The notes: a model not told the origin generated them from the letters alone. Positions 9,731 through 20,131 are shown, counted from the first letter of the stretch. The stretch is 64,000 nt of DNA from Chthonomonadales bacterium (GCA_037443035.1 JBBIPC010000015.1:1-64000), one strand, 5' to 3'. Made by a program: numbers and translations.

Positions 9731-9945
9731 TGATTCGCCCTCCGGCGACACGCGCCGCCCACCTGCGGTGTTCGCACCCCTCCCGCGTACGGGGTTTCTC
9801 GCTCTAGGCGACGGTAGATGCTCCGGCGGGCCTAATGTAGCAGCGCCGGGCGTACCCTCGCCCGCGTCGGCGCTCACCATCCAGATGGCGGGTATGCTTT
9901 CCGGAGACAGGGTCCACGAGGCACCTGTCATCGGGAGTTCGAGTC

Positions 9946-12561
9946 ATGGAGCATACCAAGTCCACGCGGCTGCTGATCATGGTGTTCGCCCCCCTTGTCG
10001 TCTTGAACATCCCTGCTCTCTCGGCCAGCCGCATCGTTCCCGATCGGGCCCTCGTCATCGGCGGTGTTGTGCGAGGCGGACGGGACACGTTCCCAAGGGA
10101 CCTGGTGCAGTACCGACTCGTCCTGGGCAAGTGGCGTACACCAACTTCGGGAGAGCGGCTCGCTGAGGACGCCGATGTCGTGTGGGAGGAGATTCGAAGC
10201 ACCGGCGAGGGGCGCTTTCGCCATCCTGCTCTCCGGGGAGGCTATGCCTTAGTCATAGTCCGTATCCAAGAGGCGCAGGTGTATCTGCTGGAGGCGACCG
10301 GACACTCCGTGGTCTATGTGAACGGCCAGCCCCGAACGGGCGATCCCTATGGACTTGGCTACGTGCGCCTGCCGGTGGCGCTACATGCAGGTGATAATGA
10401 ACTGCTCTTCGCGTGCGGACGCGGCGAGTTCACCGTTCGTCTTGACCCACTGCCGGCACCGGTGATGCTGAATGTTGGCGACAGCACCTTGCCTGATCTT
10501 GTTCGGGGCAGCAGCGTACAGCCGCTGGCGGCCGTCCCTATTGTCAACGGCACAGCGGAAGTCATTCGGGGTGCCGTCATCACGGCGCGCAGCTCAGGAC
10601 ACGTAGTCCACAGCCGAGTGCCCGATATACCGCCGCTCAGTGTTCGCAAGGTGCCATTCCGCCTGCCGCCAGCCTCCAACAACGCGCCGAACGAGATGAC
10701 GGTACGCCTCTCGGTAACGTGTCGCGTGAGCGGGAAGACGCGGGACGTGGACTCCCAGGACATCAAAGTACGGGTGCGCAACGCCAGCGAGACGCGCAAG
10801 GTCACCTTCGTCAGTGAAATAGACGGTAGCGTCCAGTACTATGCGGTCGTGCCGCCACGTGTTCCCGCAAAGCCGCGTCCTAGCGAGACAGGCGCCTGGC
10901 CCTGGCTCCCCGTTGTTGGCACCTACCCAACGAACTTGGAGGCCGGAGCGGTTGGCGCCGTCCAGCTCTATGGCTACTGGCGGCTCAGGGAAGACTTGCG
11001 CAAGACGGCGCCGCCGCGTCCGGGACTGGTCCTGACGCTGCACGGAGCGGGTGTGGAGGCCATCGGACAGGCGGCGTCCTATGCCCCCAAACGGGATCTC
11101 TGGATAGTCGCCCCCACCAATCGCCGCCCCTTCGGCTTCGACTGGGAGGAATGGGGCCGCATGGACGCCCTGGAAGTTCTGGCCCGGGCCAGGCAGGATC
11201 TCCGAACGGATCCGGCTCGCACCTACCTCACCGGTCATTCCATGGGAGGCCACGGAGCCTGGCATCTGAGCGTCACCTTCCCGGAGCTGTTCGCGGCGGT
11301 GGGACCGAGCGCGGGCTGGATCAGCTTTCGTTCGTACGCAGGTGGCATCGCCTACGATCAGGCAAGCGCCGTGGAGGGTATCCTTCGCCGAGCATCGTCT
11401 CCCTCCGATACGCTGAGCCTTGCCACGAACCTCGAACCCCTCGGCGTGTACATCCTCCACGGTGACAAGGACGATAACGTACCGGTCACAGAAGCCCGTA
11501 CCATGGCAGCTAGGCTCGAGGGCTTCCACAGGAACTTCGTCCTGTTCGAACAGCCAGGCGCAGGCCACTGGTGGGGCGCGCCGAGCGATCCTGGCACCGG
11601 TTGCGTGGACTGGCCTGCCATGTTCGATCTTTTCCACCGCTCGCAGATTTCGCCAACGGACGAGACCCGGCATGTGACCTTCTCGACCATGAACCCGGGC
11701 GTATCCGCCTCCATGCGGTGGCTGTCTATCCTACAGCAACAGCGAAGCCTGGAGCCGTCATCAGCCACCATCCGCTGCGACCCGGTCGGGCGCCGGTTCG
11801 TCGGATCCACCAGCAACGTCGCCACACTGCTGCTCGATACCTCGTCCATGGATCCCGGTGGATCCATCTCGTTGGAGCTGGACGGCTGGAAGAGCGAAAT
11901 CCCTCTACCAGAGGGAAGCAGCACGATCTGCCTCCGCAAGACAACCGATGGATGGCGCGTTGCTCCGCCACCGTCACGTACCGAGAAGGGCCCAGGCCGC
12001 GCAGGACCGTTCAAGGAGGCGTTCTCCCACCGGTTCGTACTCGTCTATGCCACCGGCGGTTCGGAGGACGAGAACGCATGGAGCTTCGCCAAGGCCCGCT
12101 TCGATGCCGAGACCTTCTGGTACCGGGGCAACGGTGCTCCTGACGTCGTCGCCGACTCGGAGTTCGACCCGAAGCGCTACGCGAACCGGAGCATCATCCT
12201 CTACGGCAATGCAGACACGAACAAGGCATGGACGGCCCTCTTAGGGGCGTGTCCCGTTCGGCTCGGACGGAATAGTCTGAAGATTGGCACCAGCAACCTC
12301 GAAGGCGATGCGCTGGCCTGCCTCTTCTGCTATCCCCGTGCAGACAGCCCCACGGCCATGGTGGCAGTCGTCGGCGGTACCGGACTAGCGGGCATGCGTC
12401 TGACCGATCGGGCGCCCTACTTCGTCTCCGGCACGGCCTTCCCTGACTTGCTCGTGTGGACACCCGAGACGCTTCGCTCCGGCGTCGCTGGCGCCCGAGC
12501 GGCAGGCTTCTTCGGTAACGACTGGAGCGTCGAGCAGGGGGAGTTCGCCGTTACGCCTTAG
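9946..12561 (+). CDS. Secreted alpha/beta-hydrolase (prolyl oligopeptidase/esterase-like)
   Basis: Signal peptide, LHGAGVEA, GHSMGGHG nucleophile elbow, ILHGDKDDNVP, GAGHWWG. Confidence 0.85.
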   Translation: MEHTKSTRLLIMVFAPLVVLNIPALSASRIVPDRALVIGGVVRGGRDTFPRDLVQYRLVLGKWRTPTSGERLAEDADVVWEEIRSTGEGRFRHPALRGGYALVIVRIQEAQVYLLEATGHSVVYVNGQPRTGDPYGLGYVRLPVALHAGDNELLFACGRGEFTVRLDPLPAPVMLNVGDSTLPDLVRGSSVQPLAAVPIVNGTAEVIRGAVITARSSGHVVHSRVPDIPPLSVRKVPFRLPPASNNAPNEMTVRLSVTCRVSGKTRDVDSQDIKVRVRNASETRKVTFVSEIDGSVQYYAVVPPRVPAKPRPSETGAWPWLPVVGTYPTNLEAGAVGAVQLYGYWRLREDLRKTAPPRPGLVLTLHGAGVEAIGQAASYAPKRDLWIVAPTNRRPFGFDWEEWGRMDALEVLARARQDLRTDPARTYLTGHSMGGHGAWHLSVTFPELFAAVGPSAGWISFRSYAGGIAYDQASAVEGILRRASSPSDTLSLATNLEPLGVYILHGDKDDNVPVTEARTMAARLEGFHRNFVLFEQPGAGHWWGAPSDPGTGCVDWPAMFDLFHRSQISPTDETRHVTFSTMNPGVSASMRWLSILQQQRSLEPSSATIRCDPVGRRFVGSTSNVATLLLDTSSMDPGGSISLELDGWKSEIPLPEGSSTICLRKTTDGWRVAPPPSRTEKGPGRAGPFKEAFSHRFVLVYATGGSEDENAWSFAKARFDAETFWYRGNGAPDVVADSEFDPKRYANRSIILYGNADTNKAWTALLGACPVRLGRNSLKIGTSNLEGDALACLFCYPRADSPTAMVAVVGGTGLAGMRLTDRAPYFVSGTAFPDLLVWTPETLRSGVAGARAAGFFGNDWSVEQGEFAVTP

Positions 12562-12585
12562 CTTCGAGGCTGTCTCGCGGCGGTG

Positions 12586-13431
12586 TCACGTTCGTCTATC
12601 CAGCTCGCGCAGGTAATGGACTGCCTTCCGTACATCCCCCATGGCGTCCTCTCCGCACTCCCGCTCGATGGCGTAGAAACCCGCGTAGCCGTTGTCACGG
12701 AAGATGCGGTGCAACTCGGGCCAGTTGGTCATGCCTGTGCCAAGCGGCACTTCATCCCATGTTCCATTCCGGCGCATGACCGAGTCCTTGGCATGGACAT
12801 GCACCACGTAGGGAATGAGCGTCCGCAGACCTTCGACAGGATCGAAGCGCTCCCATGCCCTATCGAAATCGAAGGGCACGCCGTCTCGCTTGGCCAAATA
12901 TGCTGGCCAGATGAGGAGGTTCGCCGGATCGAAGTTCACGCGCAGCGCCGGACTGCCAATCTCCTCGACCATGCGCCGAACGACTACAGGCGGCTCGGGG
13001 CCTGTCTCCATGGCCAGGCACGCACCGATACTCTCACCGTGCGCGGCGATCTCTCCCAGCGCATCGCGAAATCGGCGCCAATGGGCCGACGTCGCATCTT
13101 CCGGCATGACCCCCACATGGGCCATCCAAAGCCCGCCGGAGACGTCCACAGCCGTCTCGTTCAGCCGCTTCCCCCAGGCAATGTTTGCGGACAGTCCCTC
13201 CTCCTCGCCCAGGTCCACATTGCCACCCCAGGCAATGAGGCATGATACTTCGAGGCCCATCGCCTGGATGCGGGCCAGAATCTCTTTCCTCTCTGCTGTG
13301 GTCTTGTTCTCCAGGTCCAGCGGCCCACCATAGGCGCCAATATGGACCCCTTCCACGCCGAGTTCGCAGGCGATCTCCATACCCTTGTAGGGGTCTGCTC
13401 CGCCGGTTGTGGGAATGATCGCGATCTTCAC
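12586..13431 (-). CDS. Sugar phosphate isomerase/epimerase (xylose-isomerase-like TIM barrel)
   Basis: LAMETGPE, VNFDPANL, HVHAKD, VPLGTG, AIERE. GTG start at 13431 after GAAAGGA. Confidence 0.88.
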   Translation of the reverse strand: MKIAIIPTTGGADPYKGMEIACELGVEGVHIGAYGGPLDLENKTTAERKEILARIQAMGLEVSCLIAWGGNVDLGEEEGLSANIAWGKRLNETAVDVSGGLWMAHVGVMPEDATSAHWRRFRDALGEIAAHGESIGACLAMETGPEPPVVVRRMVEEIGSPALRVNFDPANLLIWPAYLAKRDGVPFDFDRAWERFDPVEGLRTLIPYVVHVHAKDSVMRRNGTWDEVPLGTGMTNWPELHRIFRDNGYAGFYAIERECGEDAMGDVRKAVHYLRELDRRT

Positions 13432-13558
13432 GTGTTCGTTCCTTTCGTGCAGGTTCCCGTTACCGGGCAAGCGTTCTCCCTCGAAGGTCCCTATTCCTGC
13501 ACCCAATCACTGGCGCACGTGGTAGCATGGCTAGGAACATGCTGCCCGGGAGGATCCA

Positions 13559-15649
13559 ATGAGCATGCACCTGTTTCTGCTCATCCTCGTAACTCTTGCC
13601 ACCGCTGCAGGAGTCGCCGCAGAACCACCTGATGAGAGGGAAGTCGTTCCGCTGGACAAGGGTATCCCTCCCACGCTCCTCGAACACAGCGTCAAGGCTG
13701 ACATCGTCACGGAAGGACCTGTCCGAGGACTACGAGTACGTTTCGGCGTTACGGACTGGCCGAACGTCTACTTCCGGCCGCTGCAGGGAGCGTGGGACTG
13801 GACGGGTTACACTGGGCTGGCTGTGGATGTGTACAACCCCGAGGACCGCGCACTCCAGGTCAATATGCGCGTGGACAACGAAGGGGCAGATGGTGTCAAC
13901 AACTGCAACCAGCTCGGAACCGTAGTGCCGCCTGGCAAGTGGACAACCTTCCGTCTGCGGTTCAACCGCGCCGGCGACAGCTCCCTTTGGGGCATGCGCG
14001 GCCTGCCTGTAACGGGCCCCAAAGGCGGTGGAGCCGTGTTGGACCTCACGCGCATCACGGCCTTTCAGGTGTTCCTCGCCAAGCCCACGGAACCCCATAC
14101 CCTGATACTCCGGAACTTCCGCCTCTACGGCCGAACCGGCAGCGAAGAAAAGGTTAGCTTCCCGTTCGTAGATCGCTTCGGGCAATACCGCCATGCGAAA
14201 TGGCCTGGCAAGCTCGAGAGCGAGGCGGACTTCGCCCAGCGGCTTCGCCGTGAGAAGGCCAGGTACGCAGCGGCTCCAAGCGTTCCAGGACGCGACAACT
14301 ACGGCGGCTGGGCCGATGGTCCAACGCTCAAGGCCACAGGATGGTTTCGGGCGGAGAAGGTCGCCGGCAAGTGGTGGCTGGTGACCCCGAAAGGGAAGTT
14401 GTTCTTCTCGCTCGGTGTGGACTGCGTCGGGCCAGATGAGTACACCTTCATCGAGGGGCGCAATGGGTGGTTCGAGTGGCTTCCAGAGGAAGGAAGTCCG
14501 CTCGCTCGGTTCACCCGCTACCAGCAGGGTGTGCACAGCATGGCGGAACCCATTGGAGGGAAGGGACGCACCTTCAGCTTCTACTGCGCCAACCTTGTCA
14601 GGAAGTACGGAGAAGACTGGCGGAAGGGATGGGAGGGCATGACGGCCGCACGCCTTAGGGCGTGGGGTTTCAACACCATTGGCAACTGGTCTGACTGGGA
14701 CTTCATGGAGAAGGCGCGCATACCCTTCGTGGCCAGTGGTGGCGTAGCTGGCAGCGCCAAACGCATCGAGGGAGGTGGCGGCTATTGGGGGAAAATGCTG
14801 GATGTCTATGACCCGGGCTTCCCGGCCGCGGCCGAGCAGGGTCTCGCGCCGGTTGCCGAGCGGTTCGCCCAGAATCCGTACTGTATCGGGTTCTTCAGCG
14901 ACAACGAGCTCGCCTGGGATGCTGTCGAACGTGGCCCCCTCGCCAGCCCTCCAGACCAGCCCTGCCGCGTGGCTCAGGTGGAGATGCTCCGCACGAAGTA
15001 CGGTACGCTGGAGAAACTGAACGAAGTCTGGGGTACTTCCGCATCGTCGTGGAACGACCTCCGGGTGCCGGACCAGCCGAACAGCGCCTGCCGTGACGAT
15101 CTCAACGCTTTCGTCTATGCCTTCGCCCGGCGCTATTTCGAGATCTGCATGGGGGTGTTCAAGAAGCATGCCCCGAACCACCTGTACCTCGGATGCCGCT
15201 TCGCCTGGGCGCCGAGACCGGTGGTGCGTGCCTGCGCAGATGTAGCCGACGTCGTGAGCTTCAATATCTACCAGCGAGAGATCAACCCTCACGACTGGAC
15301 CGGCGCCAATGACCTGGGCAAGCCCATCATCATCGGTGAGTTCCACTTCGGCGCCCTCGACCGTGGGATGTTCCACGAAGGGCTAGTGCCATGCATGGAT
15401 CAGCGGGAACGAGCTGCCGCCTACCAGACCTATGTCCGAAGCGTGCTGGACTGTCCCGCGTTCGTCGGCTGTCATTGGTTTCAGTACGTGGACGAGCCCC
15501 TCACGGGCCGTTGGTTCGACGGAGAGAACTATAACATCGGCATGGTGGACGTGACGGATACGCCTTATCCGGAACTTACCGAGGCGGCCCGGATGGTTCA
15601 CGCAGAGGCTTACGCAAGACGAGGCAAAGGACTGTCTGGTGGAAAATAG
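13559..15649 (+). CDS. Secreted GH50-like beta-agarase/beta-galactosidase with N-terminal CBM-like domain
   Basis: FVDRFGQY, WPGK, ATGWFRAEK..KWWLVTPKG, WGFNTIGNWSD, FSDNEL, GEFHFGALDRG, VGCHWFQYVDEP, DGENYNIG. Confidence 0.85.
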   Translation: MSMHLFLLILVTLATAAGVAAEPPDEREVVPLDKGIPPTLLEHSVKADIVTEGPVRGLRVRFGVTDWPNVYFRPLQGAWDWTGYTGLAVDVYNPEDRALQVNMRVDNEGADGVNNCNQLGTVVPPGKWTTFRLRFNRAGDSSLWGMRGLPVTGPKGGGAVLDLTRITAFQVFLAKPTEPHTLILRNFRLYGRTGSEEKVSFPFVDRFGQYRHAKWPGKLESEADFAQRLRREKARYAAAPSVPGRDNYGGWADGPTLKATGWFRAEKVAGKWWLVTPKGKLFFSLGVDCVGPDEYTFIEGRNGWFEWLPEEGSPLARFTRYQQGVHSMAEPIGGKGRTFSFYCANLVRKYGEDWRKGWEGMTAARLRAWGFNTIGNWSDWDFMEKARIPFVASGGVAGSAKRIEGGGGYWGKMLDVYDPGFPAAAEQGLAPVAERFAQNPYCIGFFSDNELAWDAVERGPLASPPDQPCRVAQVEMLRTKYGTLEKLNEVWGTSASSWNDLRVPDQPNSACRDDLNAFVYAFARRYFEICMGVFKKHAPNHLYLGCRFAWAPRPVVRACADVADVVSFNIYQREINPHDWTGANDLGKPIIIGEFHFGALDRGMFHEGLVPCMDQRERAAAYQTYVRSVLDCPAFVGCHWFQYVDEPLTGRWFDGENYNIGMVDVTDTPYPELTEAARMVHAEAYARRGKGLSGGK

Positions 15650-15674
15650 AACCTGGTCTGAGGGGGGAGAGGCA

Positions 15675-16832
15675 ATGGTCTGGAAAGGACTGGTGACCAT
15701 GGCACTGCTGCTTGCCAGCATCTGCGCGGACAGCCAGGTACCACTGGCTGAGAAGAAGCTCATCGAGTATGGTTGGGACGTGCCAACGCCTGCACAAATG
15801 CGCGATATGCTGCCCCAGATGGAGAAGAGGCCGTTCGACGGACTCATCTTCCGTTTGAGCGGAGGCCACAACGCCTTCGAAACCAAGCCACTCGATCCAG
15901 CGAAGTTCGCTGAGGACGAGCGTATCTTGAAGGACCTGCGCTTCAGCCGGTTCCAGCACAACTTCGTGCTCGTCTGGGGCTCGCCCCACGCCGACTGGGA
16001 CTGGTTCGATAATGCCCAATGGAAGGCCGTAGAACAGAACGCGCGGCTGCTCGTGAAGGTGGGTATGGCGGGACGCATCAGGGGTATCTGCTTCGATCCG
16101 GAGCCGTATGATTTCCAGCTTTGGAACTATGCGAAGCAGCCACGTCATGGCGAGAAGAGCTTCGCAGAGTATCGGGCACAGGTGCGTCTTCGCGGTCGTC
16201 AGCTCATGCAAGCGTTCGAGAAGTCCATGCCCGGAGCGCTCATCCTCACATTCTTCCACGTCAGCCTCATCGGTCACCTAGCGGACATGCCCGAGGATCG
16301 GCGCGTAGCCGAGCTACAGAAGGGATCGTGGGGCTTGATGCCCGACTTCTTCATCGGCATGTTGGAAGGAGCCAGCAAGCACGCCCGTTTCATAGATGGC
16401 AACGAGATGGCCTACTACTACACGTCGCGGGAGCAGTACTTCCGGGCGTATCACACCATGCGACAACGGGTGCTCCAGCTACTGCCTGCCCCTCTCAGGG
16501 AGAAGTACACGCTCCAGGTCCAAGCAGGCAACGCTCTCTACGTGGACCAGAACTTCGCTCTGCGCCAGCCGAACCCCCAGCAGTACCTGAGCTACCGCAT
16601 GACGCCGCAAGAGCGGGCGAGGTGGTTCGAGCACAACACCTACTGGGCGCTCTACACAACCGATGAGTATGTCTGGTGTTACAGCGAGCGGATGAACTGG
16701 TGGAAGAATGAGACTCCGCCAGGTCTGGAGGAGGCCATTGTCAGTGCTCGGCAGAAGATCCGCGAAGGACGCCCGCTGGGGTATGACATCGAGCCGCTTA
16801 TCGCTGAGGTGAGCAAGAGACCGCTGCCTTGA
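15675..16832 (+). CDS. Secreted hypothetical protein, possibly a TIM-barrel glycoside hydrolase
   Basis: Signal peptide, KKLIEYGWD, PFDGLIF, GICFDPEPY, IDGNE, YVWCYSE; immediately downstream of the GH50-like gene. Alternative GTG start at 15639. Confidence 0.7.
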   Translation: MVWKGLVTMALLLASICADSQVPLAEKKLIEYGWDVPTPAQMRDMLPQMEKRPFDGLIFRLSGGHNAFETKPLDPAKFAEDERILKDLRFSRFQHNFVLVWGSPHADWDWFDNAQWKAVEQNARLLVKVGMAGRIRGICFDPEPYDFQLWNYAKQPRHGEKSFAEYRAQVRLRGRQLMQAFEKSMPGALILTFFHVSLIGHLADMPEDRRVAELQKGSWGLMPDFFIGMLEGASKHARFIDGNEMAYYYTSREQYFRAYHTMRQRVLQLLPAPLREKYTLQVQAGNALYVDQNFALRQPNPQQYLSYRMTPQERARWFEHNTYWALYTTDEYVWCYSERMNWWKNETPPGLEEAIVSARQKIREGRPLGYDIEPLIAEVSKRPLP

Positions 16833-16852
16833 TCTTCGATCCGTAACCAACG

Positions 16853-17398
16853 GTGCTCGGCTTCCTAGCGAATCTCCTCGTCCACTGGATCGGCGGGCGT
16901 CTGCTGGCCATGCGCCCGAATGTCCGAGCACGCCATGGCACGCTCGTCGCGTCCACCTCGCCGGGTTGGGCTATCCTTACACTCGGCCTCAAACTCAGAA
17001 CCGTCGTGGTGGACCCGCGCCTGCAGCTCATACGCCTCCGCGCGCGCTATGCCTGGTTGATCACCGTGCGGAGGGGCATTCCGTTCCATGCCGTGACCAG
17101 TATCGTCTACGCGTGGATGGACGTCAACCCCCTGCAGCACATGCCGCTGGCTGTATACCAAGAACTGGACCTGTTCACGGTCTCGGCGAAGCTGCGATCA
17201 GGGGAGGTCGTCGTTCTTTGCCGCTTCTTCGGCGCAGGTGATTGGGTGAACGAGCACTTCCTGCCGGATTGGATGTTTCTCGATGACCAGCTAGCTGCTG
17301 CTCTTGCCCATGGCACACAGGAAGAGGAATCCAGAGTCTACGCGACGCTCGTGGCCAAGATGGTCGGCGTAGAGCTGGAGGCAGCATCGGGATCCTGA
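16853..17398 (+). CDS. Hypothetical protein (possible membrane-associated PH-like fold)
   Basis: 181-aa ORF continuing the plus-strand operon with protein-like composition; no recognised motif. Confidence 0.55.
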   Translation: MLGFLANLLVHWIGGRLLAMRPNVRARHGTLVASTSPGWAILTLGLKLRTVVVDPRLQLIRLRARYAWLITVRRGIPFHAVTSIVYAWMDVNPLQHMPLAVYQELDLFTVSAKLRSGEVVVLCRFFGAGDWVNEHFLPDWMFLDDQLAAALAHGTQEEESRVYATLVAKMVGVELEAASGS

Positions 17399-17477
17399 AT
17401 GTCCAACGCCGGCCGTGGTGGCACCGGCCTCCACCGGACCGTGCGCTGCTTCGCCATGGCTGTCGCGGCAAGAGACA

Positions 17478-17506
17478 GATGGGCTGTCCACTTCGGACAG
17501 CCCATC
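17478..17506. terminator. Perfect 12-bp hairpin between convergent genes
   Basis: GATGGGCTGTCC-ACTTC-GGACAGCCCATC; no U-tract. Confidence 0.45.
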
Positions 17507-17868
17507 GCCATCGAACTACTCGGATTCGTGCCGAGTTACGACTGGAAGCGCCAGCGCAGCCAGAGCAGTCCGGCCCCCATCATGGAACCGAGGCTCACCA
17601 GCGTCCCAGCCTCCGGAACGGGATCTCCTGTGGGGCCGTAGCCATGCCGCGGGCGAGCTACAGATTGGACCATAGGGCTTCCACGACATCAGGGCGAGTC
17701 GCTTCGATTCCTCGAACCTCCATCCACCCGCGTGGGGGACCGTCCTCGTCTGTAGGTTGGCCTCGAGACCATCATAGTGGCTACTTCCGCGAGCCGAATG
17801 GGTGCATAATCGGACCGGCTCCATCCTCCAGGGTTCGACATTGCGCATGGCAGGACATCGAGGGACGT

Positions 17869-18489
17869 TCACGGCTGCCAGCGGAGGGGTTCGGTGCGCC
17901 AGCGGCCCCAGGCGATAACGTGGCCGTCGAGGTAGGCGATGTTGGCGGCGTCGTGGTGCCGGTAGGCTTGTGGATGCAGGCTGGTGGTGGTTTCGTTGGC
18001 AGTACGGCATGGGTACTCCGCGAGTAGAACCGTGTCGGCGGGAGCCTCGACCGTCTCCAACGAGATACCCGCAGCGAAGGCGTTCATGGCGTAGGCGTAG
18101 GTACCCCGGTAGGCGGGGCATGGATGTGGCAAGGTCCCCTCACCTGCTCTGCTGCGGACGACATCGAACCACCGATCGCCTGGCGGGAGGCCTCGATCCC
18201 AGTCTTCGGTGTAGAGGAACAGCCCTGTCGCGAGCTCCTTCATGGCGGAGCCGCATTGAAACTCCTCCGCCACCAGACCGGCGCAGGCAATCTCCCCCAC
18301 GATGGCCATGACGGCTCCGACGATGCCAAGAACCCAGAAGAGCGTATCGAGCCGAAGGAGCAGCCGGGATACGGTACCGCGCCTTCGAAGCACACCGATG
18401 ACCAGCGTCGTCACCGCCGCAAGCAGCAGGAACGGCCATAGCAGGCCCAGGGGGTGATGAACGAGCAATACGTTCCACTTGTGGCTCAT
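17869..18489 (-). CDS. Membrane-anchored DUF1559-like/H-X9-DG protein without prepilin leader
   Basis: Two hydrophobic helices, then CGSAMKELATGLFLYTEDWD, YAYAMN, APADTVLLAE, RHHDAANIAYLDGHV. Confidence 0.75.
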   Translation of the reverse strand: MSHKWNVLLVHHPLGLLWPFLLLAAVTTLVIGVLRRRGTVSRLLLRLDTLFWVLGIVGAVMAIVGEIACAGLVAEEFQCGSAMKELATGLFLYTEDWDRGLPPGDRWFDVVRSRAGEGTLPHPCPAYRGTYAYAMNAFAAGISLETVEAPADTVLLAEYPCRTANETTTSLHPQAYRHHDAANIAYLDGHVIAWGRWRTEPLRWQP

Positions 18490-18496
18490 GCAGCAC

Positions 18497-20131
18497 TCAT
18501 CGGCTCGAGGGAATCTTGCGCGACGGTCGTACGGCCGTTAGCTCTACGAGGGTGAGTTCCAGCGGTTGGAGCGGGATCGTTCGCTGGACGGCTCCGTGGT
18601 GCAGGACGGCCTCGCGGGCGCGGTCCTCCAGGTTCCAGACAAGGGCGCATTGGGCCGTGGGATACCACGCGAGGACGGCGGCGCCTTCGTCGGCCAAGTG
18701 GGGCACGTCGGCCAACGCGGCGGTCTGCTGGGCTTTCCACCGGAGCAGGGTTGGAAAGTCCTCCGGCAGGCCACGAACCTGAGCGGACCCTTGCCGGGCC
18801 ATGAACACCGTGCCCGCCGTACGGAGCTGGCCATCGGCTGCGGCACGGGCGTCGGCATCCGAAAGGAAGGTCCAGCCGCCCCGGGCGGGCTTGGCCACCA
18901 CTTCGAAGGGGATGCCCAGGGCCAGCGGCAGGCTGAAGGGCAGGTCGTCGCCGACCATGCGGCTGTGCTCGCCCCAGAAGTGCTTCAGCGGTCCCGCAGG
19001 CGTGTGACCGGCTACACGCTCGTGAAGGGCAGCGTGGTGCTTCATGGCAGGCCCGAGGACGTCCCAATGGCTCTTGGGGAATGGGGTCAAGCCGCTCATG
19101 AACATGGTGTGGCGCACATCGGCGATGGTGCTGACGGCCAGTTTGGCGGCCATATTGCGAGGCGAGAGCCGGTCCGCCGGATAGGCCGTCGTCTCGCTGT
19201 AGGCCAGTTCGGGTCGAGCGAACCGGCGGTGGAAGAGGGCCGAGAAGAGCTCGTCGGTCTTGCCCTTGACGGTGCCGAAGGAGGCGTCGTCGAACATGAG
19301 CTCGCCCACACGGAAGGGGACGCGGGTGTACTCCCGCAGCCGGATGCCGGCCTTCTCGGCACCGAGGTACATGACCATGATGCCCAGCTTGCCACCCGAC
19401 CCCAATGCCCGAGCCTGGGCGCGAAAGCTGTCGCTGAGCTGATCGCAGGTGAACTCTATCCAGGCGCGCAGAATCGGCGTCAGATTGCGCTGGTTCACGT
19501 CCTGGAGCAGTTCGCTCCATCGGCCAGCCGCGTAGCCGCCCCCGCGCAGGAACTCGGCTCGGTGGTCGGTGCAGAAGCATCCGCCGATGACGCCAGGGCC
19601 AATGGCCAGCCGAAAGTCGTCGTCTAGGAAGACGCGGCGAAAGCCATGAGAGCGCAGGACGCGCATGGCGGCGGCGTTCTCCTCGGTGGCGGGACGATGG
19701 AGGGACGTTCCGGCGTAGGTGGAACCATCGGGGCGTACGGCCAGGCGCCAATGACGCGGCGGCGTCAGCGGGAAGCCCTTATCGCTGGAGCCAAGGGAAT
19801 CCCCAGGGTGTCCGAGGGGAACGTTGGCAACCGAAGCCCGCAGGCCGCGGCGCTCGGCCTCCTGGGTCCATCGGACAACCTCCTCCACGGGCCATGGCCA
19901 ATGACCGTAGAAGAAGGCGGCGATCCACGCTTCGTGGACGCCGGCCCTTGCTACCACGTCGAGCAGATCCGGGTCGCGGCGCAGCGCCTCCGGCGATAGG
20001 CAGACGTGGAAGCGACGTCGCCGGGAATCCGCCGGCACCATCTCCTCCTCGGCCCACGCGCCGGCCCAGCACCTCCCCAGCATCATTGGCGCCAGCGCCA
20101 ATCCGATCACCTCCCGTCGTGTATAGGGCAT
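18497..20131 (-). CDS. Tat-type secreted hypothetical protein (glycoside-hydrolase-like)
   Basis: TRREVIG twin-arginine leader, VFLDDDFRL, GGCFCTDH; RBS GGGAGG. Confidence 0.65.
   Translation of the reverse strand: MPYTRREVIGLALAPMMLGRCWAGAWAEEEMVPADSRRRRFHVCLSPEALRRDPDLLDVVARAGVHEAWIAAFFYGHWPWPVEEVVRWTQEAERRGLRASVANVPLGHPGDSLGSSDKGFPLTPPRHWRLAVRPDGSTYAGTSLHRPATEENAAAMRVLRSHGFRRVFLDDDFRLAIGPGVIGGCFCTDHRAEFLRGGGYAAGRWSELLQDVNQRNLTPILRAWIEFTCDQLSDSFRAQARALGSGGKLGIMVMYLGAEKAGIRLREYTRVPFRVGELMFDDASFGTVKGKTDELFSALFHRRFARPELAYSETTAYPADRLSPRNMAAKLAVSTIADVRHTMFMSGLTPFPKSHWDVLGPAMKHHAALHERVAGHTPAGPLKHFWGEHSRMVGDDLPFSLPLALGIPFEVVAKPARGGWTFLSDADARAAADGQLRTAGTVFMARQGSAQVRGLPEDFPTLLRWKAQQTAALADVPHLADEGAAVLAWYPTAQCALVWNLEDRAREAVLHHGAVQRTIPLQPLELTLVELTAVRPSRKIPSSR

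Noticed and set aside
13730..15376. 548-aa antisense ORF
   Set aside because: Shadow of the GH50-like gene caused by GC-rich codon bias; no protein motifs.
17721..17741. CATCCACCCGCGTGGGGGACC resembling a type I-E CRISPR repeat
   Set aside because: Single degenerate copy, no spacers, no cas genes.
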